DNA of 64,000 nt from the human T2T-CHM13v2.0 reference genome, Homo sapiens, in NCBI RefSeq assembly GCF_009914755.1, contig NC_060932.1; one strand, written 5' to 3'. The notes under the pieces are model-generated. The model was given only the letters and a program-made list of their open reading frames with translations, was not told where the DNA came from and searched no databases. Each line of letters opens with the position of its first letter. The first letter of the stretch is position 1. Of this stretch, positions 11,472 through 25,234 are shown in pieces. A program made the translations under genes and the position numbers.

Positions 11472-14400
11472 GTAATCTCAGAAACATGTTTATGCTGTAT
11501 CTACTCAACTAACTGTGCTGAACATTTCTATTGATAGAGCAGTTTTGAGACACTCTTCTTTTGGAATCTGCAAGTGGATATTTGGATAGATTTGAGGATT
11601 TCGTTGGAAACGGGATTATATATAAAAAGTAGACAGCAGCATTCTCAGAAACTTCTTTGTGATGTTTGCATCCAGCTCTCAGAGTTGAACATTCCCTTTC
11701 ATAGAGTAGGTTTGAAACCCTCTTTTTATAGTGTCTAGAAGCGGGCATTTGGAGCGCTTACAGGCCTATGCTTAAAATAGGAAATATCCACCTACAGAAA
11801 CTAGACAGAAGCATTCTGAGAATCACGTTTGTGATGTGGGTACTCAACTAACAGTGTTGATCCATTCTTTTGATACAGCAGTTTTGAACCACACTTTTTG
11901 TAGAATCTGCAAGTGGATATTTGGATAGCTGTGAGGATTTCGTTGGAAACGGGAATGTCTTCATAGAAAATTTAGACAGAAGCATTCTCAGAACCTTGAT
12001 TGTGATGTGTGTTCTCCACTAACAGAGTTGAACCTTTCTTTTGACAGAACTGTTCTGAAACATTCTTTTTATAGAATCTGAAAGTGGATATTTGGAAAGC
12101 TTTGAGGATTTCGTTGGAAACGGGAATATCTTCAAATCAAATCTAGCCAGAAGCATTCTAAGAAACATCTTAGGGATGTTTACATTCAAGTCACAGAGTT
12201 GAACATTCCCTTTCACAGAGCAGGTTTGAAACAATCTTCTCGTACTATCTGGCAGTGGACATTTTGAGCTCCTTGGGGCCTATGCTGAAAAAGGAAATAT
12301 CTTCCGACAAAAACTAGACAGAAGCATTCGCAGAATCACGTTTGTGATGTGTGCACTCAACTGTCAGAATTGAACCTTGGTTTGGACAGAGCACTTTTGA
12401 AACACTCTTTTTGTAGAATCTGCAGGTGGATATTTGGCTAGCTTTGAGGATTTCGTTGGAAACGGTAATGTCTTCAAAGAAAATCTAGACAGAAGCATTC
12501 TCAGAAACACCTTCGTGATGTTTGCAATCAAGTCACAGAGTTGAACCTTCCGTTTCATAGAGCAGGTTGGAAACACTCTTTTTGTAGTATCTGGAAGTGG
12601 ACATTTGGAGCACTTTCAGGCCTATGGTGAAAAAGGAAATATCTTCCCATAAAAACGACATAGAAGCTATCTCAGGAACTTGTTTATGATGCATCTAATC
12701 AACTAACAGTGTTGAACCTTTGTACTGACAGAGCAGTTTGAAACACTCTTTTTTTGGAATCTGCAAGTGGATATTTGGATCGCTTTGAGGATTTCGTTGG
12801 AAACGGGATGCAATATAAAACGTACACAGCAGCATACTCAGAAAATACTTTGCCATATTTCCATTCAAGTCACAGAGTGGAACATTCCCATTCATAGAGC
12901 AGGTTTGAAACACTCTTTTTGGAGTATCTGGAAGTGGACATTTGGAGCGCTTTCTGAACTATGGTGAAAAAGGAAATAACTTCCAATGAAAACAAGACAG
13001 AAGCATTCTGAGAAACTTATTTGTGATGTGTGTCCTCAACAAACGGACTTGAACCTTTCGTTTCATGCAGTACTTCTGGAACACTCTTTTTGAAGATTCT
13101 GCATGCGGATATTTGGATAGCTTTGAGGATTTCGTTGGAAACGGGCTTACATGTAAAAATTAGACAGCAGCATTCTCAGAAACTTCTTTGTGGTGTCTGC
13201 ATTCAAGTCACAGAATTGAACTTCCCCTCACATAGAGCAGTTGTGCAGCACTCTATTTGTAGTATCTGGAAGTGGACATTTGGAGGGCTTTGTAGCCTAT
13301 CTGGAAAAAGGAAATATCTTCCCATGAATGCGAGATAGAAGTAATCTCAGAAACATGTTTATGCTGTATCTACTCAACTAACTGTGCTGAACATTTCTAT
13401 TGATAGAGCAGTTTTGAGACACTCTTCCTTTGGAATCTGCAAGTGGATATTTGGATAGATTTGAGGATTTCGTTGGAAACGGGATGATATATAAAAAGTA
13501 GACAGCAGCATTCTCAGAAACTTCTTTGTGATGTTTGCATCCAGCTCTCAGAGTTGAACATTCCCTTTCATAGAGTAGGTTTGAAACCCTCTTTTTATAG
13601 TGTCTGGAAGCGGGCATTTGGAGCGCTTTCAGGCCTATGCTGAAAAAGGAAATATCTACCTATAGAAACTAGACAGAAGCATTCTGAGAATCACGTTTGT
13701 GATGTGGGTACTCAACTAACAGTGTTGATCCATTCTTTTGATACAGCAGTTTTGAACCACACTTTTTGTAGAATCTGCAAGTGGATATTTGGATAGCTGT
13801 GAGGATTTCGTTGGAAACGGGAATGTCTTCATAGAAAATTTAGACAGAAGCATTCTCAGAACCTTGATTGTGATGTGTGTTCTCCACTAACAGAGTTGAA
13901 CCTTTCTTTAGACAGAACTGTTCTGAAACATTCTTTTTATAGAATCTGGAAGTGGATATTTGGAAAGCTTTGAGGATTTCGTTGGAAACGGGAATATCTT
14001 CAAATAAAATCTAGCCAGAAGCATTCTAAGAAACATCTTAGGGATGTTTACATTCAAGTCACAGAGTTGAACATTCCCTTTCACAGAGCAGGTTTGAAAC
14101 AATCTTCTCGTACTATCTGGCAGTGGACATTTTGAGCTCCTTGGGGCCTATGCTGAAAAAGGAAATATCTTCCGACAAAAACTAGACAGAAGCATTCGCA
14201 GAATCACGTTTGTGATGTGTGCACTCAACTGTCAGAATTGAACCTTGGTTTGGACAGAGCACTTTTGAAACACTCTTTTTGTAGAATCTGCAGGTGGATA
14301 TTTGGCTAGCTTTGAGGATTTCGTTGGAAACGGTAATGTCTTCAAAGAAAATCTAGACAGAAGCATTCTCAGAAACACCTTCGTGATGTTTGCAATCAAG

Positions 14401-15208
14401 TCACAGAGTTGAACCTTCCGTTTCATAGAGCAGGTTGGAAACACTCTTTTTGTAGTATCTGGAAGTGGACATTTGGAGCGCTTTCAGGCCTATGGTGAAA
14501 AAGGAAATATCTTCCCATAAAAACGACATAGAAGCTATCTCAGGAACTTGTTTATGATGCATCTAATCAACTAACAGTGTTGAACCTTTGTACTGACAGA
14601 GCAGTTTGAAACACTCTTTTTTTGGAATCTGCAAGTGGATATTTGGATCGCTTTGAGGATTTCGTTGGAAACGGGATGCAATATAAAACGTACACAGCAG
14701 CATACTCAGAAAATACTTTGCCATATTTCCATTCAAGTCACAGAGTGGAACATTCCCATTCATAGAGCAGGTTTGAAACACTCTTTTTGGAGTATCTGGA
14801 AGTGGACATTTGGAGCGCTTTCTGAACTATGGTGAAAAAGGAAATAACTTCCAATGAAAACAAGACAGAAGCATTCTGAGAAACTTATTTGTGATGTGTG
14901 TCCTCAACAAACGGACTTGAACCTTTCGTTTCATGCAGTACTTCTGGAACACTCTTTTTGAAGATTCTGCATGCGGATATTTGGATAGCTTTGAGGATTT
15001 CGTTGGAAACGGGCTTACATGTAAAAATTAGACAGCAGCATTCTCAGAAACTTCTTTGTGGTGTCTGCATTCAAGTCACAGAATTGAACTTCCCCTCACA
15101 TAGAGCAGTTGTGCAGCACTCTATTTGTAGTATCTGGAAGTGGACATTTGGAGGGCTTTGTAGCCTATCTGGAAAAAGGAAATATCTTCCCATGAATGCG
15201 AGATAGAA
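11472..15208 (+). repeat. 2 x 11-mer HOR (1869 and 1868 bp)
   Basis: Anchor spacings 11509->13378->15246. Confidence 0.95.
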
Positions 15209-18200
15209 GTAATCTCAGAAACATGTTTATGCTGTATCTACTCAACTAACTGTGCTGAACATTTCTATTGATAGAGCAGTTTTGAGACACTCTTCTTTTG
15301 GAATCTGCAAGTGGATATTTGGATAGATTTGAGGATTTCGTTGGAAACGGGATTATATATAAAAAGTAGACAGCAGCATTCTCAGAAACTTCTTTGTGAT
15401 GTTTGCATCCAGCTCTCAGAGTTGAACATTCCCTTTCATAGAGTAGGTTTGAAACCCTCTTTTTATAGTGTCTGGAAGCGGGCATTTGGAGCGCTTTCAG
15501 GCCTATGCTGAAAAAGGAGATATCTACCTATAGAAACTAGACAGAAGCATTCTGAGAATCACGTTTGTGATGTGGGTACTCAACTAACAGTGTTGATCCA
15601 TTCTTTTGATACAGCAGTTTTGAACCACACTTTTTGTAGAATCTGCAAGTGGATATTTGGATAGCTGTGAGGATTTCGTTGGAAACGGGAATGTCTTCAT
15701 AGAAAATTTAGAGAGAAGCATTCTCAGAACCTTGATTGTGATGTGTGTTCTCCACTAACAGAGTTGAACCTTTCTTTTGACAGAACTGTTCTGAAACATT
15801 CTTTTTATAGAATCTGGAAGTGGATATTTGGAAAGCTTTGAGGATTTCGTTGGAAACGGGAATATCTTCAAATAAAATCTAGCCAGAAGCATTCTAAGAA
15901 ACATCTTAGGGATGTTTACATTCAAGTCACAGAGTTGAACATTCCCTTTCACAGAGCAGGTTTGAAACAATCTTCTCGTACTATCTGGCAGTGGACATTT
16001 TGAGCTCTTTGGGGCCTATGCTGAAAAAGGAAATATCTTCCGACAAAAACTAGACAGAAGCATTCGCAGAATCACGTTTGTGATGTGTGCACTCAACTGT
16101 CAGAATTGAACCTTGGTTTGGAGAGAGCACTTTTGAAACACTCTTTTTGTAGAATCTGCAGGTGGATATTTGGCTAGCTTTGAGGATTTCGTTGGAAACG
16201 GTAATGTCTTCAAAGAAAATCTAGACAGAAGCATTCTCAGAAACACCTTCGTGATGTTTGCAATCAAGTCACAGAGTTGAACCTTCCGTTTCATAGAGCA
16301 GGTTGGAAACACACTTTTTGTAGTATCTGGAAGTGGACATTTGGAGGGCTTTGTAGCCTATCTGGAAAAAGGAAATATCTTCCCATGAATGCGAGATAGA
16401 AGTAATCTCAGAAACATGTTTATGCTGTATCTACTCAACTAACTGTGCTGAACATTTCTATTGATAGAGCAGTTTTGAGACACTCTTCTTTTGGAATCTG
16501 CAAGTGGATATTTGGATAGATTTGAGGATTTCGTTGGAAACGGGATTATATATAAAAAGTAGACAGCAGCATTCTCAGAAACTTCTTTGTGATGTTTGCA
16601 TCCAGCTCCCAGAGTTGAACATTCCCTTTCATAGAGTAGGTTTGAAACCCTCTTTTTATAGTGTCTGGAAGCGGGCATTTGGAGCGCTTTCAGGCCTATG
16701 CTGAAAAAGGAAATATCTACCTATAGAAACTAGACAGAAGCATTCTGAGAATCACGTTTGTGATGTGGGTACTCAACTAACAGTGTTGATCCATTCTTTT
16801 GATACAGCAGTTTTGAACCACACTTTTTGTAGAATCTGCAAGTGGATATTTGGATAGCTGTGAGGATTTCGTTGGAAACGGGAATGTCTTCATAGAAAAT
16901 TTAGACAGAAGCATTCTCAGAACCTTGATTGTGATGTGTGTTCTCCACTAACAGAGTTGAACCTTTCTTTTGACAGAACTGTTCTGAAACATTCTTTTTA
17001 TAGAATCTGGAAGTGGATATTTGGAAAGCTTTGAGGATTTCGTTGGAAACGGGAATATCTTCAAATCAAATCTAGCCAGAAGCATTCTAAGAAACAGCTT
17101 AGGGATGTTTACATTCAAGTCACAGAGTTGAACATTCCCTTTCACAGAGCAGGTTTGAAACAATCTTCTCGTACTATCTGGCAGTGGACATTTTGAGCTC
17201 TTTGGGGCCTATGCTGAAAAAGGAAATATCTTCCGACAAAAACTAGACAGAAGCATTCGCAGAATCACGTTTGTGATGTGTGCACTCAACTGTCAGAATT
17301 GAACCTTGGTTTGGACAGAGCACTTTTGAAACACTCTTTTTGTAGAATCTGCAGGTGGATATTTGGCTAGCTTTGAGGATTTCGTTGGAAACGGTAATGT
17401 CTTCAAAGAAAATCTAGACAGAAGCATTCTCAGAAACAACTTCGTGATGTTTGCAATCAAGTCACAGAGTTGAACCTTCCGTTTCATAGAGCAGGTTGGA
17501 AACACACTTTTTGTAGTATCTGGAAGTGGACATTTGGAGGGCTTTGTAGCCTATCTGGAAAAAGGAAATATCTTCCCATGAATGCGAGATAGAAGTAATC
17601 TCAGAAACATGTTTATGCTGTATCTACTCAACTAACTGTGCTGAACATTTCTATTGATAGAGCAGTTTTGAGACACTCTTCTTTTGGAATCTGCAAGTGG
17701 ATATTTGGATAGATTTGAGGATTTCGTTGGAAACGGGATTATATATAAAAAGTAGACAGCAGCATTCTCAGAAACTTCTTTGTGATGTTTGCATCCAGCT
17801 CTCAGAGTTGAACATTCCCTTTCATAGAGTAGGTTTGAAACCCTCTTTTTATAGTGTCTGGAAGCGGGCATTTGGAGCGCTTTCAGGCCTATGCTTAAAA
17901 TAGGAAATATCTACGTACAGAAACTAGACAGAAGCATTCTGAGAATCACGTTTGTGATGTGGGTACTCAACTAACAGTGTTGATCCATTCTTTTGATACA
18001 GCAGTTTTGAACCACACTTTTTGTAGAATCTGCAAGAGGATATTTGGATAGCTGTGAGGATTTCGTTGGAAACGGGAATGTCTTCAAAGAAAATCTAGAC
18101 AGAAGCATTCTCAGAAACACCTTCGTGATGTTTGCAATCAAGTCACAGAGTTGAACCTTCCGTTTCATAGAGCAGGTTGGAAACACTCTTATTGTAGTAT

Positions 18201-21200
18201 CTGGAAGTGGACATTTGGAGCGCTTTCAGGCCTATGGTGAAAAAGGAAATATCTTCCCATAAAAACGACATAGAAGCTATCTCAGGAACTTGTTTATGAT
18301 GCATCTAATCAACTAACAGTGTTGAACCTTTGTACTGACAGAGCACTTTGAAACACTCTTTTTTTGGAATCTGCAAGTGGATATTTGGATCGCTTTGAGG
18401 ATTTCGTTGGAAACGGGATGCAATATAAAACGTACACAGCAGCATACTCAGAAAATACTTTGCCATATTTCCATTCAAGTCACAGAGTGGAACATTCCCA
18501 TTCATAGAGCAGGTTGGAAACACTCTTTTTGGAGTATCTGGAAGTGGACATTTGGAGCGCTTTCTGAACTATGGTGAAAAAGGAAATATCTTCCAATGAA
18601 AACAAGACAGAAGCATTCTGAGAAACTTATTTGTGATGTGTGTCCTCAACAAACGGACTTGAATCTTTCGTTTCATGCAGTACTTCTGGAACACTCTTTT
18701 TGAAGATTCTGCATGCGGATATTTGGATAGCTTTGAGGATTTCGTTGGAAACGGGCTTACATGTAAAAATTAGACAGCAGCATTCTCAGAAACTTCTTTG
18801 TGGTGTCTGCATTCAAGTCACAGAATTGAACTTCCCCTCACATAGAGCAGTTGTGCAGCACTCTATTTGTAGTATCTGGAAGTGGACATTTGGAGGGCTT
18901 TGTAGCCTATCTGGAAAAAGGAAATATCTTCCCATGAATGCGAGATAGAAGTAATCTCAGAAACATGTTTATGCTGTATCTACTCAACTAACTGTGCTGA
19001 ACATTTCTATTGATAGAGCAGTTTTGAGACCCTCTTCTTTTGGAATCTGCAAGTGGATATTTGGATAGATTTGAGGATTTCGTTGGAAACGGGATTATAT
19101 ATAAAAAGTAGACAGCAGCATTCTCAGAAACTTCTTTGTGATGTTTGCATCCAGCTCTCAGAGTTGAACATTCCCTTTCATAGAGTAGGTTTGAAACCCT
19201 CTTTTTATAGTGTCTGGAAGCGGGCATTTGGAGCGCTTTCAGGCCTATGCTGAAAAAGGAAATATCTACCTATAGAAACTAGACAGAAGCATTCTGAGAA
19301 TCACGTTTGTGATGTGGGTACTCAACTAACAGTGTTGATCCATTCTTTTGATACAGCAGTTTTGAACCACACTTTTTGTAGAATCTGCAAGTGGATATTT
19401 GGATAGCTGTGAGGATTTCGTTGGAAACGGGAATGTCTTCAAAGAAAATCTAGACAGAAGCATTCTCAGAAACACCTTCGTGATGTTTGCAATCAAGTCA
19501 CAGAGTTGAACCTTCCGTTTCATAGAGCAGGTTGGAAACACTCTTATTGTAGTATCTGGAAGTGGACATTTGGAGCGCTTTCAGGCCTATGGTGAAAAAG
19601 GAAATATCTTCCCATAAAAACGACATAGAAGCTATCTCAGGAACTTGTTTATGATGCATCTAATCAACTAACAGTGTTGAACCTTTGTACTGACAGAGCA
19701 CTTTGAAACACTCTTTTTTTGGAATCTGCAAGTGGATATTTGGATCGCTTTGAGGATTTCGTTGGAAACGGGATGCAATATAAAACGTACACAGCAGCAT
19801 ACTCAGAAAATACTTTGCCATATTTCCATTCAAGTCACAGAGTGGAACATTCCCATTCATAGAGCAGGTTGGAAACACTCTTTTTGGAGTATCTGGAAGT
19901 GGACATTTGGAGCGCTTTCTGAACTATGGTGAAAAAGGAAATATCTTCCAATGAAAACAAGACAGAAGCATTCTGAGAAACTTATTTGTGATGTGTGTCC
20001 TCAACAAACGGACTTGAACCTTTCGTTTCATGCAGTACTTCTGGAACACTCTTTTTGAAGATTCTGCATGCGGATATTTGGATAGCTTTGAGGATTTCGT
20101 TGGAAACGGGCTTACATGTAAAAATTAGACAGCAGCATTCTCAGAAACTTCTTTGTGGTGTCTGCATTCAAGTCACAGAATTGAACTTCCCCTCACATAG
20201 AGCAGTTGTGCAGCACTCTATTTGTAGTATCTGGAAGTGGACATTTGGAGGGCTTTGTAGCCTATCTGGAAAAAGGAAATATCTTCCCATGAATGCGAGA
20301 TAGAAGTAATCTCAGAAACATGTTTATGCTGTATCTACTCAACTAACTGTGCTGAACATTTCTATTGATAGAGCAGTTTTGAGACCCTCTTCTTTTGGAA
20401 TCTGCAAGTGGATATTTGGATAGATTTGAGGATTTCGTTGGAAACGGGATTATATATAAAAAGTAGACAGCAGCATTCTCAGAAACTTCTTTGTGATGTT
20501 TGCATCCAGCTCTCAGAGTTGAACATTCCCTTTCATAGAGTAGGTTTGAAACCCTCTTTTTATAGTGTCTGGAAGCGGGCATTTGGAGCGCTTTCAGGCC
20601 TATGCTGAAAAAGGAGATATCTACCTATAGAAACTAGACAGAAGCATTCTGAGAATCACGTTTGTGATGTGGGTACTCAACTAACAGTGTTGATCCATTC
20701 TTTTGATACAGCAGTTTTGAACCACACTTTTTGTAGAATCTGCAAGTGGATATTTGGATAGCTGTGAGGATTTCGTTGGAAACGGGAATGTCTTCATAGA
20801 AAATTTAGAGAGAAGCATTCTCAGAACCTTGATTGTGATGTGTGTTCTCCACTAACAGAGTTGAACCTTTCTTTTGACAGAACTGTTCTGAAACATTCTT
20901 TTTATAGAATCTGGAAGTGGATATTTGGAAAGCTTTGAGGATTTCGTTGGAAACGGGAATATCTTCAAATAAAATCTAGCCAGAAGCATTCTAAGAAACA
21001 TCTTAGGGATGTTTACATTCAAGTCACAGAGTTGAACATTCCCTTTCACAGAGCAGGTTTGAAACAATCTTCTCGTACTATCTGGCAGTGGACATTTTGA
21101 GCTCTTTGGGGCCTATGCTGAAAAAGGAAATATCTTCCGACAAAAACTAGACAGAAGCATTCGCAGAATCACGTTTGTGATGTGTGCACTCAACTGTCAG

Positions 21201-21498
21201 AATTGAACCTTGGTTTGGAGAGAGCACTTTTGAAACACTCTTTTTGTAGAATCTGCAGGTGGATATTTGGCTAGCTTTGAGGATTTCGTTGGAAACGGTA
21301 ATGTCTTCAAAGAAAATCTAGACAGAAGCATTCTCAGAAACACCTTCGTGATGTTTGCAATCAAGTCACAGAGTTGAACCTTCCGTTTCATAGAGCAGGT
21401 TGGAAACACACTTTTTGTAGTATCTGGAAGTGGACATTTGGAGGGCTTTGTAGCCTATCTGGAAAAAGGAAATATCTTCCCATGAATGCGAGATAGAA
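15209..21498 (+). repeat. HOR run 7,7,8,8(1355 bp),7
   Basis: Anchors 15246, 16439, 17632, 18988, 20343, 21536. Confidence 0.95.
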
Positions 21499-24400
21499 GT
21501 AATCTCAGAAACATGTTTATGCTGTATCTACTCAACTAACTGTGCTGAACATTTCTATTGATAGAGCAGTTTTGAGACACTCTTCTTTTGGAATCTGCAA
21601 GTGGATATTTGGATAGATTTGAGGATTTCGTTGGAAACGGGATTATATATAAAAAGTAGACAGCAGCATTCTCAGAAACTTCTTTGTGATGTTTGCATCC
21701 AGCTCCCAGAGTTGAACATTCCCTTTCATAGAGTAGGTTTGAAACCCTCTTTTTATAGTGTCTGGAAGCGGGCATTTGGAGCGCTTTCAGGCCTATGCTG
21801 AAAACGGAAATATCTACCTATAGAAACTAGACAGAAGCATTCTGAGAATCACGTTTGTGATGTGGGTACTCAACTAACAGTGTTGATCCATTCTTTTGAT
21901 ACAGCAGTTTTGAACCACACTTTTTGTAGAATCTGCAAGTGGATATTTGGATAGCTGTGAGGATTTCGTTGGAAACGGGAATGTCTTCATAGAAAATTTA
22001 GACAGAAGCATTCTCAGAACCTTGATTGTGATGTGTGTTCTCCACTAACAGAGTTGAACCTTTCTTTTGACAGAACTGTTCTGAAACATTCTTTTTATAG
22101 AATCTGAAAGTGGATATTTGGAAAGCTTTGAGGATTTCGTTGGAAACGGGAATATCTTCAAATCAAATCTAGCCAGAAGCATTCTAAGAAACATCTTAGG
22201 GATGTTTACATTCAAGTCACAGAGTTGAACATTCCCTTTCACAGAGCAGGTTTGAAACAATCTTCTCGTACTATCTGGCAGTGGACATTTTGAGCTCCTT
22301 GGGGCCTATGCTGAAAAAGGAAATATCTTCCGACAAAAACTAGACAGAAGCATTCGCAGAATCACGTTTGTGATGTGTGCACTCAACTGTCAGAATTGAA
22401 TCTTGGTTTGGACAGAGCACTTTTGAAACACTCTTTTTGTAGAATCTGCAGGTGGATATTTGGCTAGCTTTGAGGATTTCGTTGGAAACGGTAATGTCTT
22501 CAAAGAAAATCTAGACAGAAGCATTCTCAGAAACACCTTCGTGATGTTTGCAATCAAGTCACAGAGTTGAACCTTCCGTTTCATAGAGCAGGTTGGAAAC
22601 ACTCTTTTTGTAGTATCTGGAAGTGGACATTTGGAGCACTTTCAGGCCTATGGTGAAAAAGGAAATATCTTCCCATAAAAACGACATAGAAGCTATCTCA
22701 GGAACTTGTTTATGATGCATCTAATCAACTAACAGTGTTGAACCTTTGTACTGACAGAGCAGTTTGAAACACTCTTTTTTTGGAATCTGCAAGTGGATAT
22801 TTGGATCGCTTTGAGGATTTCGTTGGAAACGGGATGCAATATAAAACGTACACAGCAGCATACTCAGAAAATACTTTGCCATATTTCCATTCAAGTCACA
22901 GAGTGGAACATTCCCATTCATAGAGCAGGTTTGAAACACTCTTTTTGGAGTATCTGGAAGTGGACATTTGGAGCGCTTTCTGAACTATGGTGAAAAAGGA
23001 AATAACTTCCAATGAAAACAAGACAGAAGCATTCTGAGAAACTTATTTGTGATGTGTGTCCTCAACAAACGGACTTGAACCTTTCGTTTCATGCAGTACT
23101 TCTGGAACACTCTTTTTGAAGATTCTGCATGCGGATATTTGGATAGCTTTGAGGATTTCGTTGGAAACGGGCTTACATGTAAAAATTAGACAGCAGCATT
23201 CTCAGAAACTTCTTTGTGGTGTCTGCATTCAAGTCACAGAATTGAACTTCCCCTCACATAGAGCAGTTGTGCAGCACTCTATTTGTAGTATCTGGAAGTG
23301 GACATTTGGAGGGCTTTGTAGCCTATCTGGAAAAAGGAAATATCTTCCCATGAATGCGAGATAGAAGTAATCTCAGAAACATGTTTATGCTGTATCTACT
23401 CAACTAACTGTGCTGAACATTTCTATTGATAGAGCAGTTTTGAGACACTCTTCCTTTGGAATCTGCAAGTGGATATTTGGATAGATTTGAGGATTTCGTT
23501 GGAAACGGGATGATATATAAAAAGTAGACAGCAGCATTCTCAGAAACTTCTTTGTGATGTTTGCATCCAGCTCTCAGAGTTGAACATTCCCTTTCATAGA
23601 GTAGGTTTGAAACCCTCTTTTTATAGTGTCTGGAAGCGGGCATTTGGAGCGCTTTCAGGCCTATGCTGAAAAAGGAAATATCTACCTATAGAAACTAGAC
23701 AGAAGCATTCTGAGAATCACGTTTGTGATGTGGGTACTCAACTAACAGTGTTGATCCATTCTTTTGATACAGCAGTTTTGAACCACACTTTTTGTAGAAT
23801 CTGCAAGTGGATATTTGGATAGCTGTGAGGATTTCGTTGGAAACGGGAATGTCTTCATAGAAAATTTAGACAGAAGCATTCTCAGAACCTTGATTGTGAT
23901 GTGTGTTCTCCACTAACAGAGTTGAACCTTTCTTTTGACAGAACTGTTCTGAAACATTCTTTTTATAGAATCTCGAAGTGGATATTTGGAAAGCTTTGAG
24001 GATTTCGTTGGAAACGGGAATATCTTCAAATCAAATCTAGCCAGAAGCATTCTAAGAAACATCTTAGGGATGTTTACATTCAAGTCACAGAGTTGAACAT
24101 TCCCTTTCACAGAGCACGTTTGAAACAATCTTCTCGTACTATCTGGCAGTGGACATTTTGAGCTCCTTGGGGCCTATGCTGAAAAAGGAAATATCTTCCG
24201 ACAAAAACTAGACAGAAGCATTCGCAGAATCACGTTTGTGATGTGTGCACTCAACTGTCAGAATTGAACCTTGGTTTGGACAGAGCACTTTTGAAACACT
24301 CTTTTTGTAGAATCTGCAGGTGGATATTTGGCTAGCTTTGAGGATTTCGTTGGAAACGGTAATGTCTTCAAAGAAAATCTAGACAGAAGCATTCTCAGAA

Positions 24401-25234
24401 ACACCTTCGTGATGTTTGCAATCAAGTCACAGAGTTGAACCTTCCGTTTCATAGAGCAGGTTGGAAACACTCTTTTTGTAGTATCTGGAAGTGGACATTT
24501 GGAGCGCTTTCAGGCCTATGGTGAAAAAGGAAATATCTTCCCATAAAAACGACATAGAAGCTATCTCAGGAACTTGTTTATGATGCATCTAATCAACTAA
24601 CAGTGTTGAACCTTTGTACTGACAGAGCAGTTTGAAACACTCTTTTTTTGGAATCTGCAAGTGGATATTTGGATCGCTTTGAGGATTTCGTTGGAAACGG
24701 GATGCAATATAAAACGTACACAGCAGCATAATCAGAAAATACTTTGCCATATTTCCATTCAAGTCACAGAGTGGAACATTCCCATTCATAGAGCAGGTTT
24801 GAAACACTCTTTTTGGAGTATCTGGAAGTGGACATTTGGAGCGCTTTCTGAACTATGGTGAAAAAGGAAATAACTTCCAATGAAAACAAGACAGAAGCAT
24901 TCTGAGAAACTTATTTGTGATGTGTGTCCTCAACAAACGGACTTGAACCTTTCGTTTCATGCAGTACTTCTGGAACACTCTTTTTGAAGATTCTGCATGC
25001 GGATATTTGGATAGCTTTGAGGATTTCGTTGGAAACGGGCTTACATGTAAAAATTAGACAGCAGCATTCTCAGAAACTTCTTTGTGGTGTCTGCATTCAA
25101 GTCACAGAATTGAACTTCCCCTCACATAGAGCAGTTGTGCAGCACTCTATTTGTAGTATCTGGAAGTGGACATTTGGAGGGCTTTGTAGCCTATCTGGAA
25201 AAAGGAAATATCTTCCCATGAATGCGAGATAGAA
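21499..25234 (+). repeat. 2 x 11-mer HOR
   Basis: Anchors 21536, 23404, 25272 (1868 each). Confidence 0.95.
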
